Shown here piece after piece: positions 42,627 to 55,608 of a DNA stretch of 64,000 nucleotides (position 1 is the first letter of the stretch; each line of letters opens with the position of its first letter). The position numbers were made by a program, and so were the translations under genes. This stretch comes from Octopus vulgaris. Its lineage: Eukaryota. The notes beneath the pieces were generated by a model, which had not been told where the DNA came from, searched no databases, and saw nothing but the letters and a program-made list of their open reading frames with translations. The stretch lies in contig OX597816.1 in the NCBI GenBank assembly GCA_951406725.2, positions 76,074,001 through 76,138,000 on the forward strand, in the 5' to 3' direction.

Positions 42627-43002
42627 TGTATGTATGTATGTATGTATGTATGTATGTATGCAAATAAACGTATTCATTTCCAAACCAAAATCCGACAGCT
42701 GAAGTGTAGAAAAATTTAAAATAATATTTAATACAGTGATACAATGTTATTTACGGTGTTCTTATTCTCAAAAGGAATATATTAAATCAAAATATTAACT
42801 GTATAATCCCTGTGAAGTTATTTATTTATAACAATAAGTAAAACAGAGAATTTGTTATTAGATTATTATGTAAATATATCGATATCTTATATGGCCTAAC
42901 GTGTTTGGCACGTGGATAGGTGCCTGCATCAAAGTTAATCTCTATAATACTATATGTGCAGTTATGTATATGAATAGGACTGTGTTCCTACTCTGTTGTG
43001 CT

Positions 43003-43037
<35 letters not shown>

Positions 43038-43091
43038 ATCTATCTATCTATCGCTATACGTATATATATATAATGTATGTATGTATATATT

Positions 43092-43136
<45 letters not shown>

Positions 43137-43256
43137 TTAAACGCCTATTGATACAAACACATATGTATGCATGTATGTATGAACACTCACCTATACAAAT
43201 TTATACATACATAGATAATATATATATAAATACATCTCTATCTATCTATCTGTCTG

Positions 43257-43312
<56 letters not shown>

Positions 43313-43315
43313 GAG

Positions 43316-43370
<55 letters not shown>

Positions 43371-43788
43371 GTATGGATGTATATATTTTGTATATAGGTA
43401 TATATATATATATATATATATTTAAATACCTATTGATACAAACACATATGTATGCATGTATGTATGAACACTCACCAATAGAAATTTATACATACACAGA
43501 TACGTATCTATATAAATGCACACATACTTACATAATACAAATTTTGTCTTACCCTTATCTACCCGATGAACACACACTCTCTTTTTCTCCTTGTAAATAT
43601 ATTGCCAGTAAGACGGGTAGATAACTTACTTGGCTTCAAGCCGAAAAGAGAATGAGGGGTATCCATTTACACTACGCAGTCTTTTTGACCTGACACTTAA
43701 AATATGCTTCGATATCACGGCTAGTCTTAATGTGTACCACCATTAAGAGTAGAGCTGTTTGTTACGGTACCGCTGTTAATATCTCTGC

Positions 43789-44004
43789 AAGGCTGGGAGC
43801 TAGCAGGATCGTTAGCACGCCTGGTAAAATACCATGCGGCATTTCATCCGCCTTTACGTCTTGAGTTAGGGATTAGTCGAAGTCCACCTTGCCTTTCATC
43901 TTTTCGGACTCAGTAAAATAAGTACCGATTGAGCACTGGGGTCGGTTTAATTGACTTAACTCTTCCCCCGAAATTACCGGCCTTGTAACAACATTTAAAA
44001 CCAA

Positions 44005-44005
<1 letters not shown>
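43789..44005 (+). mobile_element. SINE family B, diverged
   Basis: Family B core GCCTTTCATCTTTTCGGA; possible TSD AATATCT. Confidence 0.75.
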
Positions 44006-44061
<56 letters not shown>

Positions 44062-44078
44062 GTCTATCTATCTATCTA

Positions 44079-44117
<39 letters not shown>

Positions 44118-44412
44118 CCACTTACTGTAATGTATTTTCTTTTTGTATGACACTATTGTCCAAGGTTCCCGTGGTCTTTTCCGTAGGCTTTTCTATCCAC
44201 GACAAACCTAACTTGTTTTCCCTTTTTACATTGACATTTCTGTGATACACGATCCCTATTGATCGGCCCCACATTTTTTCCCGATCCCTTTTGATCGGGA
44301 TTCGCCTTTCCTTTTTCTTCCCCTTTTTCCCCTTCTCTTCTTCCCAAAAGGAAAAGCTCTACTTTGTATTTTCTCCCTTCTGTGTTTAGTCCTGTGTGGC
44401 CAATAAAGAAAT
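44118..44412 (+). mobile_element. Putative LINE 3' UTR flanked by (TCTA)/(TCTG) repeats
   Basis: Pyrimidine-rich; ends TGTGTTTAGTCCTGTGTGGCCAATAAAGAAAT, the same tail carried by some family B SINEs. Confidence 0.5.
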
Positions 44413-45002
44413 CTATCTATCTATACATGCATCACCTTCAAAGTTCTGTTATTTTAGTGTCAAATTCTAGATTTAACAGTTCGAGTCCAAAATGGGTTAA
44501 TTAAGTCTAAATGATGCGCCAGCCAACAAACTATGACGAATGAAGTAAAAATACAGTTATGAAGTTTCAAATAAGAAGTGTGCATGTAAATGTTGTGTGT
44601 ATATGTGTGTATACATGTTCTTATGAATGTCTGTTGGTAGACAAGTAAGTATTTTTGCATGTACGTATGCATCTAAAGCGTTACACAAACGCGCGCACTT
44701 AATACGTATATGCGTTCATATACATAAACATTCCTACATAGAATAATGCTTAATACGAACACGCGTATGTATACATGTAACTACTTTATCTGTATATTTA
44801 TACACGGACACATATATAGACGTGCACATGCATATACATATATTTGCATATATATATAAAGAATAAAAGGAAACGTTGATGCCGAAGAGATTTGAACTCA
44901 GACTTAGAAAATCGGAAGAAAAGCCGCTGTCGGTACACGTATCAAATATTAAAAACTACTCGATACAGCAATACAACTTTCGAATTGCGTCGCATTAAGC
45001 TG

Positions 45003-45075
<73 letters not shown>

Positions 45076-45087
45076 CTATATATATGT

Positions 45088-45259
45088 ACCGGAGTAAGCA
45101 CATAAATGTGAAACAAGGTGGAAAAAAAGAGTACTCAGATACCAGAGGTAGTGTAATAGGCTTTATTCAAAAGCAGCAGAAATATAACAAAAGCTGTTAC
45201 TCAGAGTTTCACTTTCCCGTTCGTCGAACGAGAACATGAATCTCTGAGTAACAGCTTTT
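45088..45259 (-). mobile_element. Penelope-like pseudo-LTR fragment with terminal inversion
   Basis: About 70-bp imperfect palindrome at 45189-45259; the minus strand reads CGACGA-ACGGGAAAGT-GAAAC-TCTGA-GTA-ACAG, a truncated hammerhead-like motif. Confidence 0.6.
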
Positions 45260-45894
45260 AAATAAAGTATATATATATATATATGTTATGGAGATGAAAG
45301 TTCATATGTACAGTGCCAGATAGTAGGTGCAACGTTGCGGATGGTATGGCATAAACAGCCTATGATGGTGAACACATCATGGGAAAATTTGGTATTAAGT
45401 GTACTAATGAGAGAAAGGAACCAGGTGGTGACTAAAATGCTGTGTTAGTGTTCATTATTTTTTTTGCCTAGAGTTACACTCATCATCCAGACTTTGTCTG
45501 CCCATCTCTACAGAACACCGAAGAGATAGAGATGGCATGGAGGAATTCGTTGCCTCTTAGCAGAAACTGCCTTAAGGAACTGATCTTTTGCTCTTTTCTG
45601 TAATATTAATGCATGTGTATGTAACACATATTTACTACATGTGTATGGTTTCTTCTAATATTTTCTAATGCACTGGAATAGACATACTGGAATATCTACC
45701 GGATGATATATGTCGTTTTGTATCATCTCCATTTTCTTATTTGCCGTATAAATTAAGGGTAAACCACTTTTTACTCCCGTCCATATATGACACTCAATTG
45801 CAAGACTGCCACGCAATAACCAGCATTTGGGTATGAATAATTGGGTACACTACCAGCAGTGTATTGGATAGGCACTATCCCTTATATATATTTA

Positions 45895-46311
45895 GTTTTA
45901 TTTTTTATTTTTTATCTAGTTTCAGCTCACAAGCTGTGGCCATGCTGGGACACCGCCATTTGGTGTTGCTACATGATTTTACTTCACGAATGCTTTTTAG
46001 CAATTGCCATTTGGTGCATGAGAGAGTTCGATGCAGCTGCCCTCATCTGCACCTCCTGCTGTGAAGTTGGTTCATCTGGGACACCTGACAAGAAGAAATC
46101 CAGTTTTATTTTAAAGACATCTGCATCCACGCCATGCAGGTCTCTTAAGTTCTTCGGGAGGATATTGAAGAGCTGTGGGTCTCGGAAGCCCAGGCTATCA
46201 CAGTATCTTGTCCTACATCTTGATGGCAAATTTGGAGTCCTTGGCACTATGCAGTGGCGCCCAGTTCTGGCATTTGTGTAACTCTCGATGCCAAAGTTTG
46301 GGACAAGTCCA
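45895..46311 (-). mobile_element. CR1-group LINE 3' end
   Basis: ORF 45984..46475: GLVPNFGI..DSLGFRDPQLFNILPKNLRDL..FKIKLDFFLSGVPDEP..SNSL; stem-loop 3' UTR and A-rich tail. Confidence 0.88.
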
Positions 46312-46321
46312 TATATGTATA

Positions 46322-46381
<60 letters not shown>

Positions 46382-46402
46382 CATATATATATATATATAT
46401 AT

Positions 46403-47103
46403 ACCAATTAAGGACTGAACACGAAAGGTGGACAGTCAACATGCTAGATATAGACGTCAAATCGTCATTCACCACAAAAGATTATGTTCTCAGATCAAAC
46501 TCAACACAAAACCATAGCAATAAACAAGTGAAAAATATACGAAATAAAATAATTACCCATGTACTAACTTTGTTTCAGCTGTTATTTTCCGCAAGGAAAA
46601 CTGCAGCCATCATCAGCATGGTCCGTTATAAATGTAATTTGCTGGACTAGATGCAAACACGATACCGAAATATCGCGTGCATGGAGTTCAGCCTATTACA
46701 TTTGAATATATCTTTCAAATGCCTTTACTTTGGCGCGTTGAAACCCGAGAAAACTAGCCTGCAGCTAATAATTAGCAGCAGTTAATTTATCGGTTAGAGA
46801 ACATATTTATTTATATAAAATTAATTAAGGGTAGAAATTGATATTTATCAATTAAGACCAGTGGTCTAGCATATTAAAAAAGAATCCGAAGATTAAAATA
46901 TTTATATATACCAATTAAGGACTGAACACGAAAAGTGGACAGTCAACATGCTAGATATAGACGTCAAATCGTCATTCACCACAAAAGATTATGTTCTCAG
47001 ATCAAACTCAACACAAAACCATAGCGATATTTTAATCTTCGGATTCTTTTTTAATATGCTAGACCACTGGTCTTAATTGATAAATATCAATTTCTACCCT
47101 TAA

Positions 47104-47108
<5 letters not shown>
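46403..47108 (-). mobile_element. Hammerhead-bearing non-coding Penelope-associated or retrozyme-like element (507-bp unit)
   Basis: 116-bp direct repeat (46403-46518 and 46910-47025, one mismatch seen); 82-bp inverted repeat (46820-46901 and 47027-47108); flanked by (TA)n. Confidence 0.8.
46557..46621 (-). ncRNA. Type-I hammerhead ribozyme motif
   Basis: Minus strand: CCATG-CTGATGA-t-GGCTG-cag-TTTTCC-ttgc-GGAAAA-taa-CAGCT-GAAAC-aaagtta-GTA-CATGG. Perfect 5-bp stem I, extended stem II and GUA cleavage triplet. Confidence 0.85.
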
Positions 47109-47171
<63 letters not shown>

Positions 47172-47172
<1 letters not shown>

Positions 47173-47670
47173 AGTTTTCTTTTCGTAATGAGATAAAAAA
47201 CCAAGGCGGTGTAGATTTTAGAACATTTATAGATAGGTCTTACAGCTGTTTCCAGGATATTTATTATATCCCTTCATCGGAGACGGTGTGAGAGGATTGT
47301 TAAGTAATAGTTAATTTAGATAAGATAAAAAATAAAGATTGAGGGGGAGGAGACAAAATAGATGTGAGATGTGTAGGGATATTGTATTTGTAGATCCATT
47401 TTTTTTAGGCAGAATTGTATACATATAAAATTCCAATACCTTATGTGTAAAATCCAATAGTATTTAGAATTGGTCATTCCAAGTATAGAGTTTATATACA
47501 GTGTTATTGAATCAATAGTTTTATTGAAAGTGACCTCAAAATAGTGTATTTGTAGGGTCAAATCGAAAACAGGAAGAGAAGAATAAACAAAGAGAAAAAG
47601 GAGAAGAAAGTAAGAAGAAAATAATAAAATAATAAGAAATAGGAAGTGAGGAATAAAGGAAAGATATATA
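47172..47670 (-). mobile_element. Penelope-like pseudo-LTR/3' region
   Basis: TA-flanked segment containing a minimal hammerhead; no ORF recognised. Confidence 0.55.
47237..47284 (-). ncRNA. Minimal type-I hammerhead motif (CCGAUGA core variant)
   Basis: Minus strand: GTCT-CCGATGA-aGGGATAT-aataa-ATATCCTg-GAAAC-agct-GTA-AGAC, with palindromic CAGCTG at helix III. Confidence 0.75.
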
Positions 47671-47702
47671 TATATATATATTTATATATGTATGTATATA
47701 TA

Positions 47703-47804
<102 letters not shown>

Positions 47805-48723
47805 GAGAGAGAGAGACATATACATATATAGCAACTGGTACTACATACCATAATTTTCACCACAGTCATCGACCGAAAGTTGCGGTAAAGATGTATGATG
47901 TATTTTTGAATATATATTCATATATACAAACGTACACACACATGCTCATACACATATGTGCACACATTCACATACACATATCAACACACATGTGTGTGGC
48001 ATTTAGTTTTGCAAATAACCGAATTGATGTAAACTCTGCTAGGATAAGGATAACGATATTCGATACAAACCACCTTTATGGGCTTAAAATGCAGTTTGTT
48101 AAAGCCTTTTGTTTTTCTTAATAGCGGCATTCGAAACCATATATCTTCAGTGCGATGCATATGAAATGACTTAAAAACGATGTGAATATTCCTTTATATA
48201 GTTCAGAATATTGGTGGAAGCCAGAAATCTTCTATACTTTAAAAGGAAAGCATCTTATATATATCGGTTTCCTCGTGGTGTCAACATGCAGCGTATTTCA
48301 AAAGCCGGGTATAATCGATTGACTCGATAGAAAGCAGTGAATAATACATTGACGGATAGAGCGAAAAGCCGATGGTCAGAAAAAAAACTCGGTGTACAAC
48401 TAAAACAGCATTTCCTTACTATGTATCGGAAGTGGACAAATTTCATCTTGGCGTGTAATTAGCGAGTGCCAAAATGCGTCAGAGGTCTTGTGGGTCACTG
48501 CTGAAACGATGTTCCTTCTGCTTCGACATATATTATGTATTGCAACAAAAATCACACCATGATCCCTGTCAACGGTTTATATACATTAAGAATGATATGT
48601 AGATGGTTATTTAAACTTAATGCTGTTTAAGTTAGCACACACACACAAATTAGCGCACACACACACACACATACACACATATACACACATATATATCATA
48701 CAAGCCCTCACACACATATATAT

Positions 48724-49085
48724 GTAGTTGTGGCTGTGTGGTAAGAAGTTTGTTTTCCAACCACATGGTCTCGGGTTCAATCCCACTGTGTGGCACTTAG
48801 GCAAGTGTCTTCCACTATAGTCCCACGCTGGCCAAATCCTTGTGAGTGAATTTGATAGGCGGAAGCTGAAAGAAGTCCATCGTATATTTATGAATGTGTG
48901 TCTTTGTGTCTGTGTTTGTCCCCCACCCTACCACTTGACACCTGGTGTTAGTATGTATGTTTAGGTATCCGTAACGTAGTGGTTCGGCAAAAGACCCTGA
49001 CAGAATAAGTACCAGGCTTAAAAGATCCGTTCGTCTAAAATTCTTCAAGGCGGTGCTCTAGCATGGTCGCAGTTTAATGACCGCG
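48724..49085 (+). mobile_element. SINE family A, near full length
   Basis: Head GTGGCTGTGTGGTAAGAAG and tail GGCGGTGCTCTAGCATGG. Confidence 0.85.
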
Positions 49086-50050
49086 ATCATGGTAGAACCA
49101 TAATAACAGGTGAAAGATAATAATAATATTAATAATAATAGTAATAATGATAATAATAATAATAAAGATGTATGTATAGTCTAAGTTAATGAACATGTAA
49201 CAATGAAATTTAGTGGTCATGCTACTGCTTAATGTAGTTAACCTTAAAACAATATAACGCTATAAATGTTTTTTTCTTCCTTTTTTTAACCATCGTCGGC
49301 AGTTGTTGTTTGAACATGTTACAATAGTGTCAAATGTCTTGCTTGGCACATGCTATCTGTCGTTATACAAGCATGTTCTGCCACTACCAAACTTTGTGAA
49401 CGAGCTTGCTAAGTTTAATGATATCTTTGAAATAGCAATGCGTTTAGCTTTTCTTCCATTTACAACCTCACTCTGCTATCGACCCTCGTTGTTTGACAGT
49501 TCACAGTCCCACCCACTTTACATTTCTTAAATGTTAGTAAGTCTGATTAGAAATTTCACTTGATGATTTGTTGATAATGAACATGTCTCTACGCGCTTGT
49601 ATAACATTACGCAATCGTATTGATGTTGTGTATATTGAATACCAGACTGTACTCTATTTACATCACAATATAGACTCTTGGCGAAACAATTATCGCAATA
49701 CTACTTAACCTATTCGCCTGTTATTATTCTGTTTTATTCCAATTTCAATGTTTCATTCATCGAGACAGGCGGGCCCTCCAGACTGGAATATATCTATTCC
49801 AGGGCAACATAGAACCCGGCCATATACTCCCTACGGAGTTATGTGGATTAACCACACGCACACACACACACTTATAAATATATACGTATGTGTGTATGTG
49901 TGTAGGAGTGAGGGCATAAATAGTGGGCTTTACATATCTCTTTGTTTATGCATCTTAGACATATAGCTGTTTCTCATATGAATTGTGCGTTCATAGGCCC
50001 CTTTACTAACTCGATTGAGCAACTTTAACAAAAATGTATTTTAGGTCGCC

Positions 50051-50112
<62 letters not shown>

Positions 50113-50117
50113 TAGAG

Positions 50118-50526
50118 AGAGACAGCGTCGTCTACGCTGGCTCGGTGATGTACATCGCATGCCAAACGGGAGGATCCCTAAATACCTTCTGTATGGTGAT
50201 TGGCCACCGGCACAAGAACATGCTAACGATCACATCTTCGTTTCAAGGATGTCTGCGTGGGAGATATGAAGTCGTTTGATATGGACGTCCTGAGATGGGA
50301 GGAGGTCGCAAATGATCACCCACGATGCAGACAAATACTGCGAAAGGGGATGAAGGGAGGGGAAGAAAAACAGGTACTCGTCACCGTGGAAATGCGTACC
50401 CGACGGAAGGAAAAACCAGTAGTGCTGGCAGAGAGCTTCTTCAAATGCAACCGCTGTATGCGTGACAGTCACTCATGTGTGGGTCTCTTCCTCTACAGCA
50501 GACGCTGCACAACCATCAGTAGCTGA
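50118..50526 (+). mobile_element. RTE-clade LINE 3' end
   Basis: RQRRLRWLGDVHRMPNGRIPKYLLYG, DMKSFDMDVLRWEEVA and FKCNRCMRDSHSCVGLFLYSRRC (terminal zinc-finger-like). Confidence 0.88.
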
Positions 50527-52242
50527 TGCGTGCGTGCGTGTGTGTGTGTGTATGTGTGTGTGTACGTGTGTACGCGTGTGATATATGTGTAAATGAGGTT
50601 TTTAAACCCACGGCATAGAATGCGTATTTTCGAATAAAGTTTTCTTACTTATAGCCTGACATTTAAGACTCAAGCAAAATTCAGTGAACCACTAATTGTT
50701 TTACAGAAACCTGTAATGGTTGATGCTATAGTACGAACAGTGCAACAACATACATCAAAATATTAATACGCGAATAAATATTGCATTATATTAATTAAAG
50801 ACTGTATTTTTGACTTCTTTGTTGAAAATTACATATTTCTGGTGTTTAATGAGATTTCGTGTTGAATTAATTTTCTCCATGTCAGCCATGAAAGCTATAT
50901 ATCTTTGTCTTTATTAGTCTTATCAATAGAAGTATGATAGTTTGCAAAATAATGAGGGCCGCTCATCTTCAAGGACCATATGATTTTACTGAACGCATAG
51001 TTGTGTATTTATAGGAAAGCAGCAAATTTGAAGTTGTGACATGTATGCCTCTTCAGTGTGAGTTTAGTAAAACACGTTTTCATACTTAAATTGAAAACAT
51101 GTTAAGATTTGATGTAGTAGGATGTTTATGACTTTTTGTTATGTCTTTACTCGAAGCTCCTTTAAAGCCAAAGAGAGAATGTACCTAACTTACTCTCCTC
51201 CAGAATATACTCGTTTCGGATTCGGCAGAGGAATGAAAGGTTAACTCTACGGGATTTGAACTCAGGATATAGTGCGACGAAGTTAAGAGTTCAGCAGTAT
51301 GCTGCTACTACATCTCCATCCCCTTCTGAGCACCATGCTGCGAACAAGATTATATTGCAACCCGTATTTGAAAGACAGGTCTCTTGCCTATATGCAAACC
51401 GATCTCTTTGATGGTTATTCTGTTATGCTCTCAATATATGTACGCAAAAACAGGAAACAAAGGAAACATACAGAGGCAAATAAATTAAAAACGAATAACC
51501 ACAATTGTTAAAAGAACAATGGAATCCATGCCAATAGTTCTGATTTAAATATCAAATGCGAACACGTAAATTCATAATTGAGAGCAGGAATTCAGAGGCA
51601 GGCAATCCTCTTTTTTTTGTTTGAAAAAATAGTAACTTATAAGAGTTTAATTTCATTTACTGAATGAAGGAATCCAATTAATTATAAGCCTTAAATATCA
51701 ATGTTTTTTTATAGGATAAGATATGTTTTGGGGATTTAGTAAATTTTGCAACTACATCGGTTGACGCGTTGATAGTTAATTAAAATACTACATATCCGCC
51801 ATACGTAAGTACAGCTATTTCATTAATCAAATAATTATATTTGACAGTGAGAGAAAATTAACTAGAGAAAATATCTTTACGAGCGACGACTCATCTATTT
51901 TAATTAGATTCTAACTAAACAGATGGAGATCAAGATTCACTAGATAGTCCTGAGTACGTCGTGTTACCAACACACTCGACCACCACTGGTCCGATAAATA
52001 CTTGAACATGACAGTTTTTCATTTATACTCTACTATAGTTCAACAGCTTCATTAACTTTAATTATGAAATGTGGTAGCCAATTACAAAAAAATAAATAAA
52101 TAAATTCAATTCCATTTTCAACTCGAATCCACCCGCCTTAGTGATCTTAATGCCCACAGAAAAGAGTTATCTACACTGTCACTCAATAACCGATATATCA
52201 TTTCAAAGTCAGTCACACTCATTCTTCTTTCTCTCTCTCTCT

Positions 52243-52280
<38 letters not shown>

Positions 52281-54072
52281 TGACATACTAGATGTCAGAA
52301 TTCTGGACAGTTTCTTCCATAATTGTTTTTTTTTTATGTTGGTTTATAACAAACATCGTTCTTCATCTAAAGTGGCACAACTTTTAAATTTAGACTCACT
52401 AAACTGAGTTGCCTTTTGATTTAATATTCTCTTGATTGCTGGTTGCTGGAATGAAGTTATTCCCGTCGGCCATAAATAATACTGTGCTCCATTACAGTAT
52501 TGTAGGATTTAGAGTTCAGAATAACTTCATAGGAGAAGAAATATAATTGGTGATATGTTAATTGATGCATAGAAAATATTATCATTAATTAAAACAATAT
52601 TGTTAGGTATCAAGTTAATTTAATATTTTATGAACTTTTCCAAAAACATGAACGTAAAATTAAATAAAGTTACACACACACACAACCTGTACTCTTTTCT
52701 TCTTCTTTGCTTGTTATACTAACAAAACACCACATCTTAATTTGAAATTCATTAATGATTTGTTTTCGTTCACTAACCACTGCAAGATCGCTGAATTTAA
52801 ATTCAAAAATTTGAAATTTTTCAGTGTTTTAAACGAGAAAATGAATACAAATAAAAGCCTTTTAAAATATTAATGTTAGTCAAAACATGTATGTACATAC
52901 ATGTATGAAATAATTTTATGGGAATATGTGTACAGACAGGCACACAAACCCACACGCACGTACACATACACACACACACATCATTTATTCAATATGTAAT
53001 GTTTTCTTTGGGATATGTATGTCTTTTTGTTGGGAGAATTCAAGCCGGTCACTAATAATGTGACTAAGTGCCCTTACGGTTAGACAGCTCATAGAGTTTA
53101 TGGATATCTGGACCGGCTGATGTTTGGAGCTCTTTGTCAATGTGTGCATATTGCTATTAGTAAAATAATATGACTGCTACACATGAATGGGTTACAAAGC
53201 AAAACACTAATATAATTAATATAATTGTTTTTCGTTAAATTATAGTACGTTTTGGGCAAGCATAGTTCAATTATGTTTATGCCTATTTCAAATATTTTTT
53301 TTATTATTATGTATTGGCATGATTCTTATTTAACCGTTTCTCCCATGTGGTATTTAAAAAAAAACTATTGACATTAGTTGATTTCCAGCACCCCAATAAT
53401 AAATTTCACAATGCTTAAGTTACTCGTTGATAACAAGTACACCCATGCGAATTAGCGAAAAATCATATCAGACACAAGTTAATTTAGCTGGCAATGAAAA
53501 TATGAAAACAGGCATTCATTCATCAGTCGATTCCAAACTAACATTTTTATAAAATTAAATCCGCATGAAAAAGTAATGAATAGTTTTACATTCAAATTAA
53601 ACAAAAAATAAACAAAAGAAATACACTTCAAATGTACTTCTGCACCTCGACTTCGATAATCTATATTTTCATTGAAAAAGTAATAATTTTTAAAAATGTA
53701 TTTGCCGCAATAATATCAGTTGTTTTTAAACAAGAATTAATGAAATGTGTTATTTAATTCGTCAGTAATTCCCTAAATTCCACAATTGCTTTATTCGAAT
53801 CAAATTAAATATAAATTTCATTTTATGTTACAGTACTAGAAACTGGTAAAATCTTTAAATTAACTGATAAATTTTACATGAAGTTTATGGTAAACGCTTG
53901 GGAGTTTGAAAGGGTGTGCAATTAAGCGAATTATGCAATCACTCGATATTAAATTAAGCTGAATTCGCAACACACACACATACGCACAAACGCTCTCGCA
54001 CACACATACGCACACACACTCACACACATACATATACATATGTGTATGTGTGCGTGGATATATATATATGTA

Positions 54073-54288
54073 TATGGATACTAAAAAGTTCCTGGCTTTG
54101 GGCAAAAGAAAATACAGGAGGATCACTTAATTATGATTTTATTGAACATGTTCCTCACTCGGATTCACACTCTTATTGTAGCGGTCTTTCAGTTTTTTCT
54201 AAACCCTGTAAAAGAACTCAGAAGGTTGGGTTTCCAGTCAGGCTTTTTTGATACCCTAAAGCCAGAAACTTTGATGCACTCACTCGTA
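54073..54288. mobile_element. mariner-derived MITE
   Basis: Imperfect TIRs (AAAAGTTCCTGGCTTT and AAAGCCAGAAACTTT..CTCG|TA); about 215 bp, no ORF. Confidence 0.7.
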
Positions 54289-54291
54289 TGT

Positions 54292-54830
54292 CATAAAAGA
54301 TCGTTCTATGATGACCTCAATAGTGTAATTAGATGAGTGCGATTTAGGGACATGCTAATCATCCGGGGATTTTATCAACTCTTCCTAAAACATGCGCATA
54401 TGGACGTGAATTTTAAAAATATCCTCGATCGCTTACGGTGAGCTCTCATCGATAGTAAGACTCCCTCGGGTGCCAGGAATCATGGCTGTCCACTTCTGCA
54501 TATGACAATAATCTAAAGTTTTGCTTGGAAACCTACATGATAAATCTGAAGTCATGGAAATTTGTAGCATTGAACAGATCCCAAAGGATAAGCTTGTGCT
54601 ATGAAGCCGTCTCCAAATTTGAAGCAATCATAATCAACAGACGAAAGGAGGAAGGAGTGTACCCTAAGCTGAATCCAGACCATATCCAGATAAGGATGAC
54701 CATCACTGCAACAACGGCTGTAACAGGATCTGCAAATCCCAGATAGGTCTGAATTGCTTTATGAGATGATACGGCAAAACATCGGATGATGTTGCGCACA
54801 AGTGTCTTCTTGAACCCTTATTTGTCGATA
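54292..54830 (+). mobile_element. Decayed, internally deleted RTE-like LINE
   Basis: APE-like KRSFYDDLNSVI..LII.GDF joined to C-terminal YGELS, INLKSWKFVALNRSQ and CNRICKSQIGL. Confidence 0.65.
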
Positions 54831-54884
54831 CAAGCAATATCTATCTAATCTATCTAATCTAACTAATCTATCTATCTATCTATC

Positions 54885-55321
54885 ACTGCTAACGACGCTG
54901 AGGGACAGCCCCCGGGAACTGGGATGCGGGAGAGGCGTGTCTGCATACGCGGACGATGCCACGGTCATAGTGTCGAGCTACAGGCATATCGACGAAATAG
55001 AAGAAGTAAAGGGAGCGGAAATTAGCTCAAAAAAAGTCAGTGGGCTTGCGGCTCGGCACCTGGACTGAGAGACCAGTTAAATTGCTCGGGGTCTGGTTCG
55101 GACCGGACCTCCAAATGGAGAAGAACTGGGACGAGATAACGTGTTGGGTGGCCACTCTCACCCAGCAATGGGCTGAGAGAAAGATATCCTTAAAAACTCC
55201 GGCAGAGGTGGCGAACACGTTCATCGCATCCGTCATCTATTACCGCCTGACCGTCGTGCCTTGTTCCGACCTAAACTTCACCAAACTGGAACACATACTC
55301 TTCCACTTTTTGTGGAAGGGA
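54885..55321 (+). mobile_element. Tx1/L1-clade reverse transcriptase fragment
   Basis: VSAYADDATVIV (YADD at 54946), VKLLGVWFG, NWDEI, WAERKISLK and ILFHFLWKG; (TATC)n on both sides. Confidence 0.88.
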
Positions 55322-55556
55322 ATCTATCTATCAATCTATCTATCTATCTATCTATCTATCTGTGTGTATGCATGTATGCATATATGTGTGTTTGTGCGTG
55401 TATTTGTGCGTGTGTGTCTGTGTATGTCTATATGCATCTGCGTGCATTTATATATACATATATATCATATACACACACACGCACATATATATAAATGTAT
55501 ATTTATATGTATTTATGTATTTATACATATAGATGTATACGTATACATACATAAAT

Positions 55557-55607
<51 letters not shown>

Positions 55608-55608
<1 letters not shown>

